Part shown: positions 1 through 23,467 of the stretch, piece after piece
Numbering within the stretch: the stretch's first letter is position 1
Layout of the letters: every line of letters starts with the position of its first letter
Assembly: GCA_964247055.1 (NCBI GenBank)
Contig: OZ176059.1
Span: 1,860,001 to 1,924,000, forward strand
Direction of reading: 5' to 3'
Origin: Paragordius varius
Taxonomy: Eukaryota; Animalia; Nematomorpha
DNA length: 64,000 nt
Position numbers and translations under genes: made by a program
The notes under the pieces: model-generated
Told to the model about the DNA's origin: nothing
Seen by the model: the letters and a program-made list of their open reading frames with translations, nothing else
The model's database searches: none

Positions 1-199
1 TCAGTGAGATCCAGCAAAATAATGTCATCACTACTAAAAAAACAGCATAAAATTTCCATAAAAACAAATATAAACGCCAATTTTCGCCGAAAAATGCAAT
101 TTAAAAGGAAAAGTTTTTTTAAAACACTTTCAAAGTTTTATACATCATGTCATCCATATATCATTATTTTGCTTTTCTTTTGTGGGTGACAAATTAATT

Positions 200-4185
<3,986 letters not shown>

Positions 4186-5524
4186 GTTGAAAGTTAAACA
4201 CAGAAATGTGATTCTATTGATATATAAATGACGCGATTAGTACATTCTGTTTAATAAAATCAATTTTACTTTATAAACTAGAATATGTTCGTTAATTAAT
4301 AGCTTGCTATCCAGTAAAACTAAAAAACTAAAAAAGTTTTTTCAGTATTTTTTAAAAATTAATCTTTTAGTATGCGCAATTTTATATTTTAAGTTCTGTA
4401 GCTTCTTTCAGGATTTTTTTCCAAAATATCTATATAAATATAGTAGGGGTTTGTATAAACTCCGTTTTGAAACAAATTAAAAAATAAAATAACTGAAATC
4501 TTATTTCTTTAATCTAGAAACAAATGCAACATGTTTTTATTAAGATATTGACCTCAATAAATTCTTGTCTTACTCACATAGTTAAAATCGAATTAAAAAA
4601 TAATTTTTAAAATCCATATATCTGGAAAATATTTTTAAATTCGCTTTTGGGATTTACAATACACTGGGCTCAAAATCGGGGGATATAAAAAATATCTGAT
4701 GAAAAAATATATTCTGATAGGTGAATGTATCAAGAATATCATGGTATTTGGTTTTCGTCCTTCCAAGTAATTTAAGAAATGTTCAAACCTTTATGGTAGG
4801 TATTCTATATCAGGAAATGGCAAAATTTGCGCACATTTTTTTAAAAAGATTTTTGTAGTGACAAATGCTTTATTTTAAAAATACTTAAAAATTTATTATA
4901 CAAAATTTTGTTAAAAAAATATTAGGAGAGGGCTCGAAAGACAAAAGTTTTTGCTCTTTTAAAATGAGTTAAAAAAATTAACTTAAAATGCCGATGCGCA
5001 ACAAATATAAATTAAATAAAATATTTTGTTAAAACATATTTTTTAGGAAAAATTCAATTTTAGCAAAATTTTATTGAAGAAGCGTTCTTAATATTTTGGG
5101 TTATATAAATGTGTAACGCCTTATTATTAAAAATATAATTAATTAATGGTGAACATATTTATCTCCTCATTTTTACCAAAATATACGTTCATCTTCTAAT
5201 TAATATTAAAAATATTTTGTAATATTTACAAAACTTCACCAAATTTTGAAAGCAAACGAACCTTTAAATTAATTGACGGGATAAAAATATTTGCCATTGT
5301 GATAAAGTATTTTTGTAATAACTTAAAGCATTTTTATACCGATTCCATCATGCCTCCAAATAATAAGACACCGCGCTGTTTTAGTGAAAACTAAATGGTT
5401 AATTCAAAAAAATATCTATTCACTATTCAGAATAATTTAATAATTAGACATATTCGCAATGTTGGATATTTTTGGAACCTTTAAAAATAAACAATTTATT
5501 TTTAATTAACGCAAAAATACCGAG

Positions 5525-5697
5525 GAAGGCGTGATGGTATAGTAGGTAGGGTGCCGAACTCCTAAACCGCAGAGTTCGAACCTCTAAATTCACTAACAGC
5601 CCTGGGAAAGCAAATGTTAAAGGATTTCTTAGACTAGATATTTCATTCCTTACCCTTTAAAAAAGGAAAAAGAGACTCTAAATTGTATATTTATTAT
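5525..5697 (+). mobile_element. tRNA-derived SINE with 19-bp target-site duplication
   Basis: A-box TGGTATAGTAGG (5535-5546), B-box GTTCGAACC (5574-5582) and a short TTA-type tail. It is flanked by the perfect direct repeat TTAACGCAAAAATACCGAG at 5506-5524 and 5698-5716. Confidence 0.65.
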
Positions 5698-8612
5698 TTA
5701 ACGCAAAAATACCGAGAAGATGATTTTTAAACAAAACGCCGATACTTTCTTCATATCTAAATTTTTTGGGAAGGATTTGTGATATTGATACATTGTGGAA
5801 CAGGTACAAAACTGTTTAAAAATCTTTAATCTGTGATTAACATATATAATGCCTCTTAATTCTGAAAAAAAGGTTGGTGTAAAATTTGTAAAGATACTAT
5901 ACATTAGGTCCAATATCAGTGGTTAAAAATATCCTGAAATATACCAGGGTTATTGTGGTGCTTTTAGTTTTAACCCTTACGCGTGATTAAAAAAATTATA
6001 AGCACTTTTGTGGTAAATCCATATTAGAAAATGGCAAGTTTTGCTCTTATTTTGTCAAAAACACGGAAAGCTTAATGACTCAATCTAAAAAATACCACTA
6101 AAATATATGAGAAACCACACATAACGCAAAATAATGTTTTTTTAAATTTTTATTTTTGAATATTGGCAGAGAAAATCCCAAATATTTTCGCCCTTCTAAA
6201 ATCGCTCGGTCTCATAACACTTTGATATAAATTGGGTCTAATTACCCCAGACCATATTTAAGTTGTTTATTTATGAAATACTGAAAAAAGGGTTCCAATT
6301 ATAATTTGCTTCTTTTTAATAAAATTATATAAAGAGCCAAAATATCTAAATAAAATTTAGTTTTGGAAAGTTCCGCATCAAACAACCTGGACGCCATTTT
6401 GATTCACTACATTTTTGCAAAATGTCCTGTCTATTTGATTCTAAGTCTAATTAAATTTAATTTTTAAAATCACATATAACACAAACAGAAAAAGTGGTAT
6501 ATTTTGCATATTTTTTAAATTTAGTTAATGCACATGTCATGTTGACTAAATTTACCTTTGTATTTTACCTTAAGAATGATATAAAGCATTTTTGAATCCA
6601 TTATTTTAATATCTGGTTCATACTAATGACCCAGTCAGTTATTTTAAAAAACAACTGTTTTTTCGAAAAATTGCATTCAAATATATTAAATAATCGATAT
6701 TTAAATATGCTTCTTTAACAATATATTAAAAATTGTTAAACATGCATCCTGATAACATTAGCATATGAGCATTCCTGGTTATTTCGAATAACAAAACAAT
6801 CAAACCTTTGCAAAATATGCAATTACAAATATGTTCGGCCAATAAAATGAAAAAACATTTTATATTTGGAAATCGATTCATTGCTGAAAGAAAGTGTAAA
6901 ACAAACTTGGTAAATTTTTTTTGAAATATCCAGTATTAAAAGCTATGTATTTGAAGTTTTCGAAGGTCACAAACATGTGGCCGAATTCATTCGAAAAGAA
7001 AATTCTTGATTAAATTTGATTGAATATATTTGTAAATAATAAATATAAAAAAAAATGTATGATTTTTATGAAACGTAAGTTTCAGCATTATATTCACAAT
7101 CTCCAATATGGCATAATATTAACTTAAGTAACAAGTGGTTATGACCATGGTCTGACTGGGTCTGACCGGACTTTTTTGGAAAAGCAGTCAAATACACAAC
7201 CCTAGTTGTATCCAAGTAGTAAACAAGAAGGAAAAAGTCCATATTGCATAATTAAACTTTTAAAAATTGATAAATTTTATCATTAAAAAAGGTTCTTCTA
7301 TACAAATTAATATTTTGCTTAAAAATTGAATATATCCCAATTTTTTCGGGATGGAAACGATTAAAGAAAATTAAGATATTTTATCAATATTTTATGTATA
7401 TAATTTGAGGATGGTGAAATTCCTTTCACCTAGGAATTTTAATTTAAAGGTTCGTTGATGTTAAATTTGGGTATGCTGTAAAAATAATCATTAAAGGTAA
7501 AGAAGTACGCTTCAACAATTTTTTTCCCATAACTTGAAATAGGTCGCCATTTCTTAATAAAATTTTTGTCTTTCAAAGTTTTAACATAAATTTAAAATTA
7601 TCGCTCAATTTCGGCACTCCCTAGTATATTTTAAGAGTATTAGCCTATATTATAATGATAAACAATTGGGCGGAACACATATCTAAAAATTAAAATATTT
7701 TGCTTTTTATATGTAGTTTATGATATATTAGTAATATTTGGAATAATGAAGCATTTAGTTTTTGCCAAAAGAATTTATTTAAAAGAATGTAAGCAATGTC
7801 TATTTCTGATCTGAAGCAGTTACCAGAAAAGAGCAAGTAACTATCTTATATAAATAAGGGCCAACAAAAGATCATGATAATTCTGGTACAATCCTATCAG
7901 AATGTAAAATATTTATCAGCATTTGAACTTTATAGTTTTTTTATAATATTTTATAGAGTTTTTATACCGTTTCCATGTGCCTAATACCCTTTACAAAAAT
8001 GCTAAAAATTAAATTTTTAAGCAAGGTGTGCTATTCTCGAAAATATTTTTATATGTTACGATCTATCATATACTACCCAGTTTATTGTAGTATCTCGGCA
8101 TTCCTTTTAATTTATAAGAAAAATTGCATTTTAAGGGCAAAATTTTTTGCCATGGTAGCTTATATCAAAATAATATAGACATATAGTTTTCTCTTTTATA
8201 TTTAGTAAGCATCTTGCTTTCATCAAAGGTTTTAATTACTAAATTTGGCGTTAACTGTAAATACTCATAGGCCCAAAACCAAAAGCAAAATGCGCTGGTA
8301 TCTATCATATATTATTTCATCAGAATTAGTTTGGACGCTGGCGTAAGGCTCCAAACCTAAACACCATGAGATTGCTAATAAAAATATCTTTATGACTCCT
8401 GCACTTGATTTGGAATATATCAATTGTTCTTTTTTAATTTCCCTTTCTCCTAAATAAAGTATTTAAACCTATCTTCTTCTATAATGTTTAATTACTCCAG
8501 ATAAAAATTTTACTTTAAAATACGTATTTTTATAAAAGTAATTATTTACCTAGTGCATTGGTTTTACACGGGCCAACATGCTTTCAAAAAATTAATCAGT
8601 TTACATTGCAGT

Positions 8613-16538
<7,926 letters not shown>

Positions 16539-16955
16539 AATTACCCTATTTTATTTATATCAGTGAAAAAATAAAATTTTAAAGAGAAAAAACATATAAA
16601 TTAGAATATAAAAGGCCAAGAAGCATTTTTTATAAAATGGAATATTAATTACCGGTCTATGGTTTCGAGTTGAAATAGAGAGCATAGACTAATAAAATTA
16701 ATATCTTAACTTTTTATTTCAGAATCGAAACCTATAGCGTTTATGAAATAAATAAGGTATCAATCGAAATATATGGTTTCACTTGTGTATAAATATTGGT
16801 CTTTTACTATTTTTTCATTTTAAAATTATTTTTTTTACACTTTATTAATCAAACCTCATTCAAAGATAAAATCATTGGATATATATATATATATATATTT
16901 GTTTGCCTTAAATACACTTACATGTCTTCACCGCATTTTGTTAGTTGGCTATAAG

Positions 16956-16995
<40 letters not shown>

Positions 16996-19673
16996 TATCA
17001 CACACACATATAAAACGAAAGTTTTCAAATAAATACTTAAAAATTTTCCACTTTATAAATTATTTAGGAAATTTATAATCAATTTTTTGGATAAACTTAC
17101 TTTAAATAATTTTTATTATTGAATATGATACTTATAAATATTCCATTTTAAATATAATTATATATTTATAATTATTTTTTTATTTTAACTAATGCAGCAC
17201 TCACCCATTAGACTATTTTTCATTTATTTAATAAAAATTGATTTTTCTGTTAATTTATTGCACATAATAATTTTTTTTACCACTAATAATATATTAACAT
17301 ATAATTCTTATATATATTTTTTGTTTATAAATCTAATATAAGAATAATATTAAATAAAAATTATATACATTGTTTAGCGATAAAATACAATTTGTTAAAA
17401 TTTTGCTTTTTTGCAGATATAAAACAGGAATATTCAAAAAAATATATGTTATGGTATCGAATTTTGATGGTTCTTTCGCGGTTTACAAGTTTAAAAGGAA
17501 TATATTTTGGTTATTGCTTGAATTTTTACAAAATTACTGCACATTATTAAAATTTATTCCTTTATAAAATTGATATTTATTAAATATATTAGGGAAAATG
17601 TTAATATTAAATTTTTAATATTATAAGACACCTAAATTCTCATATTTTTAGAATCTGTTATGGATTAATGTGTTTAAAATAACCTAAAAAGCCAAAAGCA
17701 CAAGTTTTATAATGTATTGTTAGCTTATACATTAAAATATTTTCAAAAAAAGCATATTTAAGGTAATTTTTAGCATGATTGGATAAGACGGTGTATAAAC
17801 ACCTTATAATATTACTTAAACACTATTTCTTTATAATTCGATGCCGTTGATAAATTCCATTATCTAGATTAAAAAATGTTGTGTTCGTATTTTAATTTAA
17901 ATTGATAAATTTTTAATGAGTTAAAACAATTGATATTCGATATTTAGCTGCAATGAATTTTTAATAGTCCTATTAAATACCGTTTTTTTAAACCTTATAA
18001 TACGCTCGCTAAAGTTTGTTTTTGAAACCATAGTGTATAAAAAATTATTTACGTTAAATTTTTTTAAATGATGAATATAAATTGAAAGCAAATATATATT
18101 TAGCATTCTGAGGTAATGAAATCTTTAATAGAATTAAATCATATTAAAGTATTTATATACATTTAACGGGTGCATAAATCTGCAATTTAACCTCATAAAG
18201 TAAATTCACAAACAGGGGCAATAAATATTTTATTTATTTATAGGTTTGTTAACTAATATGTTTTAAACGATTTTTGGACTAACAAAACTAATGGAACATA
18301 ATGAGTCCTAAATTTGCGCTTTTTGATTTTATGTGAATACGTTAAAAGGTAAAAAAACTTTTTTAAATGATTTCTAAACCCCTAATCCAAATACCCATAG
18401 GTATCCTAATGTATTCCTATCAAAATGTATACAACCTAGCATTTTTGTGACCACCTCAAGTTGGCCTTAGCTTTTTTTATCAATTGATTTTACGTTTAAG
18501 GATAACGCATTAGATTTTATTTTTAGTTATTAAGTAAGATATTGCCACAATCTGACTTTGAAAGCCTTAATAAAACATGTCTTTAGAATTTAGAGATTAT
18601 GATTAAAGGCAAGGTGATATAAAATAACCAAATGACATTGCCAACGGGAATATTCTTGATTTAATCACATTTTATTTTTTAATTAAGAATCATGGTCGCT
18701 GACTGATTATTTACTACTACTACTAGTTTTTATATATTGGTCGTATTTAGGGCTTTATCCAGGTGTAAATGCTGATAATAAAAATTAAACCACCATTACA
18801 CCAAGTTCATAAAACGATGGATATTGTCCGCAAAATAAACGTGAATACTGTACTTTAAAAAAAGTTTACTGTAGCGTTTTTTCCTATATTTATTCCGATT
18901 TGGTATAATTGAACTTATTATAAAATATATATTATTTTGTTAAAAAAATTTAGGATAACATTTATGTGGTTCATGCACTTTGATACAATACAGTAAATGC
19001 ACATGTTAAAACGTGTATCTTTTAAATTTGAACTTTGATTATATTAATATACCATTAAAACCGTTTCAAAAGATAAAGAAAAAACGCAAAAAATTATAAA
19101 TTGTACTACGCATATTTAATTTTTGTTAAAAAATGTTAGGACATTTATGGTGCTTTAAGTATAATACTTACAGCCATTATGGCAAAAGTAACGCACATGT
19201 TAAAAAACGTGGATGTTTTGACTTTAAATTTTAATCATATAATTGTTTTAGTACAAAACTTTAATATAAAAACATTCTTGAAACTACAAATATCAATCTC
19301 ATTTGTGAACTTGAATATGAGAAAAAACACATCTCACTTCTATTATAATTGAGTTAACTGAATTAACAATACATCAACGCTATCATAAATTTAACATACA
19401 AAATGATTTCTTTCTGTTATTTTATTTTGTTTGTTTATATCAAAGATAGTGCAAAGTTATAAATTTTTAATTCTGGAAAAAAAATTTTCCACAAAATTTA
19501 CAGAAAAATGCATGTTTTTTAAAAAAAAATTATGTGATTTTAAGGTTTAAATGGTAATATAAGCCAAATTTTTTTGATAAACATTAAAAACCATTATGCA
19601 ACTATTAAACCTTTAATCCATTCTTACAGCATTTTTATATAAGCCATAAACTTTTATAAAAAAGAAAAGTATA

Positions 19674-19965
19674 TACAGTAAAAACCGAAATTATACGGAA
19701 AAAACATAAACATAAAAATATAAAGACAAATATTTTTTTCTAAAAGACAACCATACTTTTTGAAAAAAATTTCAAAATATAAATTATTGTTTCAAACCAT
19801 AAAGTATGAGATAGGAATGTTTATTGGTAACACAATGAATTATACAATTTGCAGTTTTAAACAATCAGATATATAAAAATAATTCAAGATTTAAAAAGCA
19901 TTGAGAAAAAAATATTTATCTTTATATTTTTACCTTTTGTCCGTATAATTTTAATTTTTACTGTA
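19674..19965. mobile_element. MITE family B (TA-CAGTAAAAATTGAAATTATACGG termini, Tc1/mariner-like), about 300-bp palindrome
   Basis: Inverted arms of about 110 bp with TA|CAGT ends. Further copies lie at 24388-24467 (internally deleted), 25025-25317, 25352-25653, 26260-26548, ~26590-26915, 27731-28021, ~36225-36540, 38261-38577, ~41290-41575, 43174-43456, 47026-47328, 49818-50138, ~51270-51590, ~53870-54110 and 61059-61362, with partial copies at ~1870-2100, ~35875-35990 and ~59855-59920. Confidence 0.88.
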
Positions 19966-19989
19966 AACTATTACTAATCTAAATTAATA

Positions 19990-20452
19990 CATCAAATTTG
20001 CGGTCACATATCGTAGCTAACATGCCTCTTGTCTTGTGGCAATTGGTTCGAATGAGTATGATCATGAGAGGACAATCTTAATATATCTTTCATATGAACA
20101 TCTGTCGAGCGATTTCTACATGTATTTTACACTACCTCATCAGTTGGGATACAACAGTAAAGATAAAACTTGAATGTATTATTTGTATGTATTATTGGCA
20201 CATCTTGTTAAATCTCAATATACCTTTCTTCTTTGAGAGTTTTGGCTTAAAAAAATTCACTACATAAAATTCCTGAAAATCCGAATATTATAAACTTAAA
20301 ATATACGGAAACCGAACACAAAATAAATAATTATCGAAATCAGTCATAATATGCATCTCTAAGCAATCGTTTAATAAAAATTAAAAGAAGGTATAGTTCA
20401 GGGCCAGAAAAATCCTTTAAGGGCCCCGTGGGCTGCTGTTTGAGTATCACTG
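19990..20452 (-). mobile_element. Decayed hAT (Buster/SPIN-like) element remnant
   Basis: The minus strand begins CAGTGATACTCAAACAGCAGCCCACGGGGCCC, a hAT-type end. It contains a frame reading RNRSTDVHMKDILRLSS, reminiscent of the hAT transposase C-terminal RNRL..HL...LRL motif. It is truncated by the family B MITE. Confidence 0.4.
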
Positions 20453-21028
20453 ATATAGAGTTTTATATGTACATCCATATGTTTCTATTTTTGCGCTCAC
20501 CGTGTAAATAATAATATTTTTGATAAAACGGTTAATAAAAAAATTCAATTGAAATTTTCAGCAATATTTTAAAGTCTAAAAAGAAATAATTTTGGTTAGC
20601 ATAAAAAATCTGTTTTAAAGCTTCAATCCCTAAAAAAACTTATATAATTTGTTTTTATGATTATCATTTAGTGTGGCATTTTTAGCGGTGTTTAAGGCAT
20701 ATTAACCAGATGTAGAGATATCATACTTTGCCAGAATTCATACATCCTCTGTTATCTAATAACTACCGCCTTATCCAAATGTGACTTTTTTTAACTTTTT
20801 AAAGCTATAAAAATGTTGTTTTTATTATATTAGGTTATCTCAATTCAAATTTATTTTTTGGATTAATGTTGGTTGTTTTGCTAAAATAATTGCATCAATC
20901 TTTTGGCATAATATTAATATAATTTACAGATGTAAATTATCTTGTCGAAACATTATTTTTAATAAAACTGTTTCAAATTTAAAATTTTATTATTAATTGT
21001 AACAAAGTTTTTTCAAAGTTTAAAGAGC

Positions 21029-23467
21029 ATGAAATATACATTCTTTATATTAGCGATAGCTATCTGGACGGGATGTTTAATAGTTAACCCTATAGGTAAA
21101 AAATTTTATTTTATTGCGTAAAAATTTATTCGATATTATTTATATTGTTTTTTATACAATTTTGTTTATTATGTAGATTGTGGTTGTACCGAAGTAAGTT
21201 ATATACTTACAGTCATGTATCCTTTATTTTTTCAAAAATTTATTTTTTTTCGTTTAATGGAGGTATAAATATTTGGTAAAGAATGGAAAAAACAAGAGCT
21301 CTATGGTAATACTTACACTTTTTTAATATACCATAGAGCTCTTGTTTTTTTACATTCTTTACCAAATATTTATACCCACACATTTAACAAAAAAAATAAA
21401 TTTTTGGTTAAATAAAGGATACATGACTGAATATATATATTAAGTCTATATAATAAAAATTGAAAATGGATAAATACTTTTTAAAAGACAAAATCGTGTG
21501 TGTTAGCAATTTACATCTCTTCCCTATTGTGGGATTCAAAATGATGAGTTATGTTGAAAAAAATGAATGTTTAAAATGGTTGGCTATTAGTTTTAACATT
21601 TTGTCTGTATAATTTTAATGTTTTATAATGGTAAATAACGGATTGGTTATGTTTTGTAATAACAGTTGTTAAATCCGTAATAAAACGATAAAGGACAATT
21701 TAGAATTAAATGAAAGTTTAAATAGAAATTTCTTATCAAAATAGAGTGCTTCTTAGTTATTAAATTGATTTCTATGAAATCCCTAAGTAGCTATACTCTA
21801 AATCTAGGCTCACCCCTAGAGTTAATTTTCAGTTTATTTTCAAATTTTCAGTTTAATTTTCATAAATTCCATTAAATTAATTTAAATTTGTATAACCAAC
21901 TGCATTTATACCAAAAGTGCAAAGTTGAATATATATACGAAATCGATATGTGAAAACCCCAATAAGTCAAATAGTTGTGTCGTACTGATGAGTGCTAACA
22001 AGCACAAAACCAGTCTGCGATTACTATTGACGAAGGGTTTCACATAAGGTTTATAATTTCTATTTATACTTTCATTTAATTCTATTTAATTATCCTTTAT
22101 CGTTTTATTAAGGATTTGACAACTGTTATTAATGTTTTATGTCAGTTCAAATTCACCCTTGAACAATTAAAATTCACCCTAAAAATAAATTGTGTTTTCG
22201 AATTGTAACTCATTATTAATATAAAATATATCTTTAAGGAATAGTTTATTATTTTTTCAGTATTATTTTAATTTAAAACAAAATTTTTATTTTTTAAAAA
22301 TATATAAAAATATAGGTATTTTTCTCAAAAACAATTATTTATACAAGGATAAATTTGAATTGTAAATGGTATATACGCATATTCATATTGGCCGATGTGC
22401 AATACAGTAGCGTATGGGTGAAAAAAATAAATGGTTAAAACTAAACCATTTTTTTCTCATAATTTAGGGCGGTTTTCCTACACTCCTGTAATAAATACCA
22501 ATTAGTCAACAATAAATGTTCGTGTATATTAAAAGCTTTTTTTTCACAATAATATTAAATACAGACAATAATTATTGATACTTTTTAAACAATAACCTGC
22601 ATATAAACAATATAATATTGTTTTTTTATAAAAAAGCATCACCCACACGAACATCGAATAGTTCGCCTAAAACGAAATGTTTGCAGTTGCAGTTCGAATC
22701 CGAATAAATTGATCCCAGCTTCGGGATGCCAGTAATATGAATTTATTTATTAAAAATTTACACATATTTGTCTACAGTTTTTTTTATAATTCATCCAAAA
22801 ATGTGTGACTTGATTCAACTTTGTTTCATTGCTAGTTTTTATTAAAGTTTCCAAACAGGTCTTAGAAGGAGCTTATAATTGCTAAAATTAAGAAAATTAA
22901 AAAAATATTAGCTAATAATACTGGTGTTTAAATTAAACACCATCTGTCAATATTTGAAAAACTAGGATGCTTCCTAATTCACATTGTAATGTAACAATTT
23001 ATTCAATATTATCGTATTGAAGTATACTTTTTTATTTTGAATCCTTTATACCATGAATAAGAAATTTTTTAAATAAATTCAAAATGTGTAAAACCTTTTA
23101 AGCCATAATATATTACGATTGCGATTTCATTTAGTGAAATTATTGTGGCGACAAAACATAAAAAGTAAAAGGTTATTTTTATATAACTTGCACATATTTT
23201 TTAAAATTTAACAACCTCGAACGCTAAGGTTATTTCACACAAAAGAATTCTGGTTTATAATGGTGAAAAATATCAGTGTTGTTTACTTTTTTGAGTTTGC
23301 CTTTCATAATTTCAATTTTTACTGTGGATGTTTAAAAAATTTTATTTGTCAGAGGTTTCAATGACTGTCGTGCCGGAGGGGCTTATATAGCATGTCCCAG
23401 CAATTTGCTCTTCAATTTTGATAAACAATGGTGTGATTGGCCCGTTAATGTTAATTGCCCTTGTTAA
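21029..23467 (+). CDS. Secreted single-domain chitin-binding (CBM14/peritrophin-A) prepropeptide, 97 aa
   Basis: Exons 21029-21095, 21177-21193, 22637-22731, 23353-23467 (294 nt, phases 1/0/2 all match). Protein: MKYTFFILAIAIWTGCLIVNPIDCGCTEHHPHEHRIVRLKRNVCSCSSNPNKLIPASGCQGFNDCRAGGAYIACPSNLLFNFDKQWCDWPVNVNCPC*. It has a hydrophobic signal-like N-terminus and the CBM14 signature CP...FN.....CDWP.NV.C. Confidence 0.86.
21208..21431. mobile_element. MITE family C (TA-CAGTCATGTATCCTTTAT termini), about 225-bp palindrome
   Basis: Near-perfect inverted arms; a second copy lies at 55463-55688. Confidence 0.85.
21657..22131. mobile_element. Inverted-repeat-bounded element enclosing a hammerhead motif (Penelope-like/retrozyme remnant)
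   Basis: About 75-bp inverted arms at 21657-21730 and 22055-22131. Inner stems TATGTGAAAACCC/GGGTTTCACATA and GTCAAATAGT/ACTATTGAC enclose the hammerhead core. Confidence 0.5.
21980..22020 (+). ncRNA. Minimal type I hammerhead ribozyme motif with a G12>A core substitution
   Basis: TCGTA-CTGATGA-GTGCT(AACA)AGCAC-AAAAC-CA-GTC-TGCGA. Stem I is TCGTA/TGCGA, the core is CUGAUGA, stem II has 5 bp, and the short stem III ends in a GUC cleavage triplet. The required GAAA reads AAAA. Confidence 0.62.

Noticed and set aside
4-189. 61-aa plus-strand ORF at the window start
   Set aside because: It lies antisense within a PRPF40A intron and looks like a degenerate inverted copy of the exon-end repeat unit.
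5527-5595. Possible tRNA gene
   Set aside because: The A and B boxes are present, but the anticodon arm and acceptor stem do not form a cloverleaf, and the sequence is bounded by a TSD, so it was called a SINE.
20136-20143. Other CTGATGA hammerhead-like cores (minus strand here and at 32286-32292)
   Set aside because: No stem II closed by G-C before a GAAA and no stem I/III pairing; both lie inside transposon remnants.
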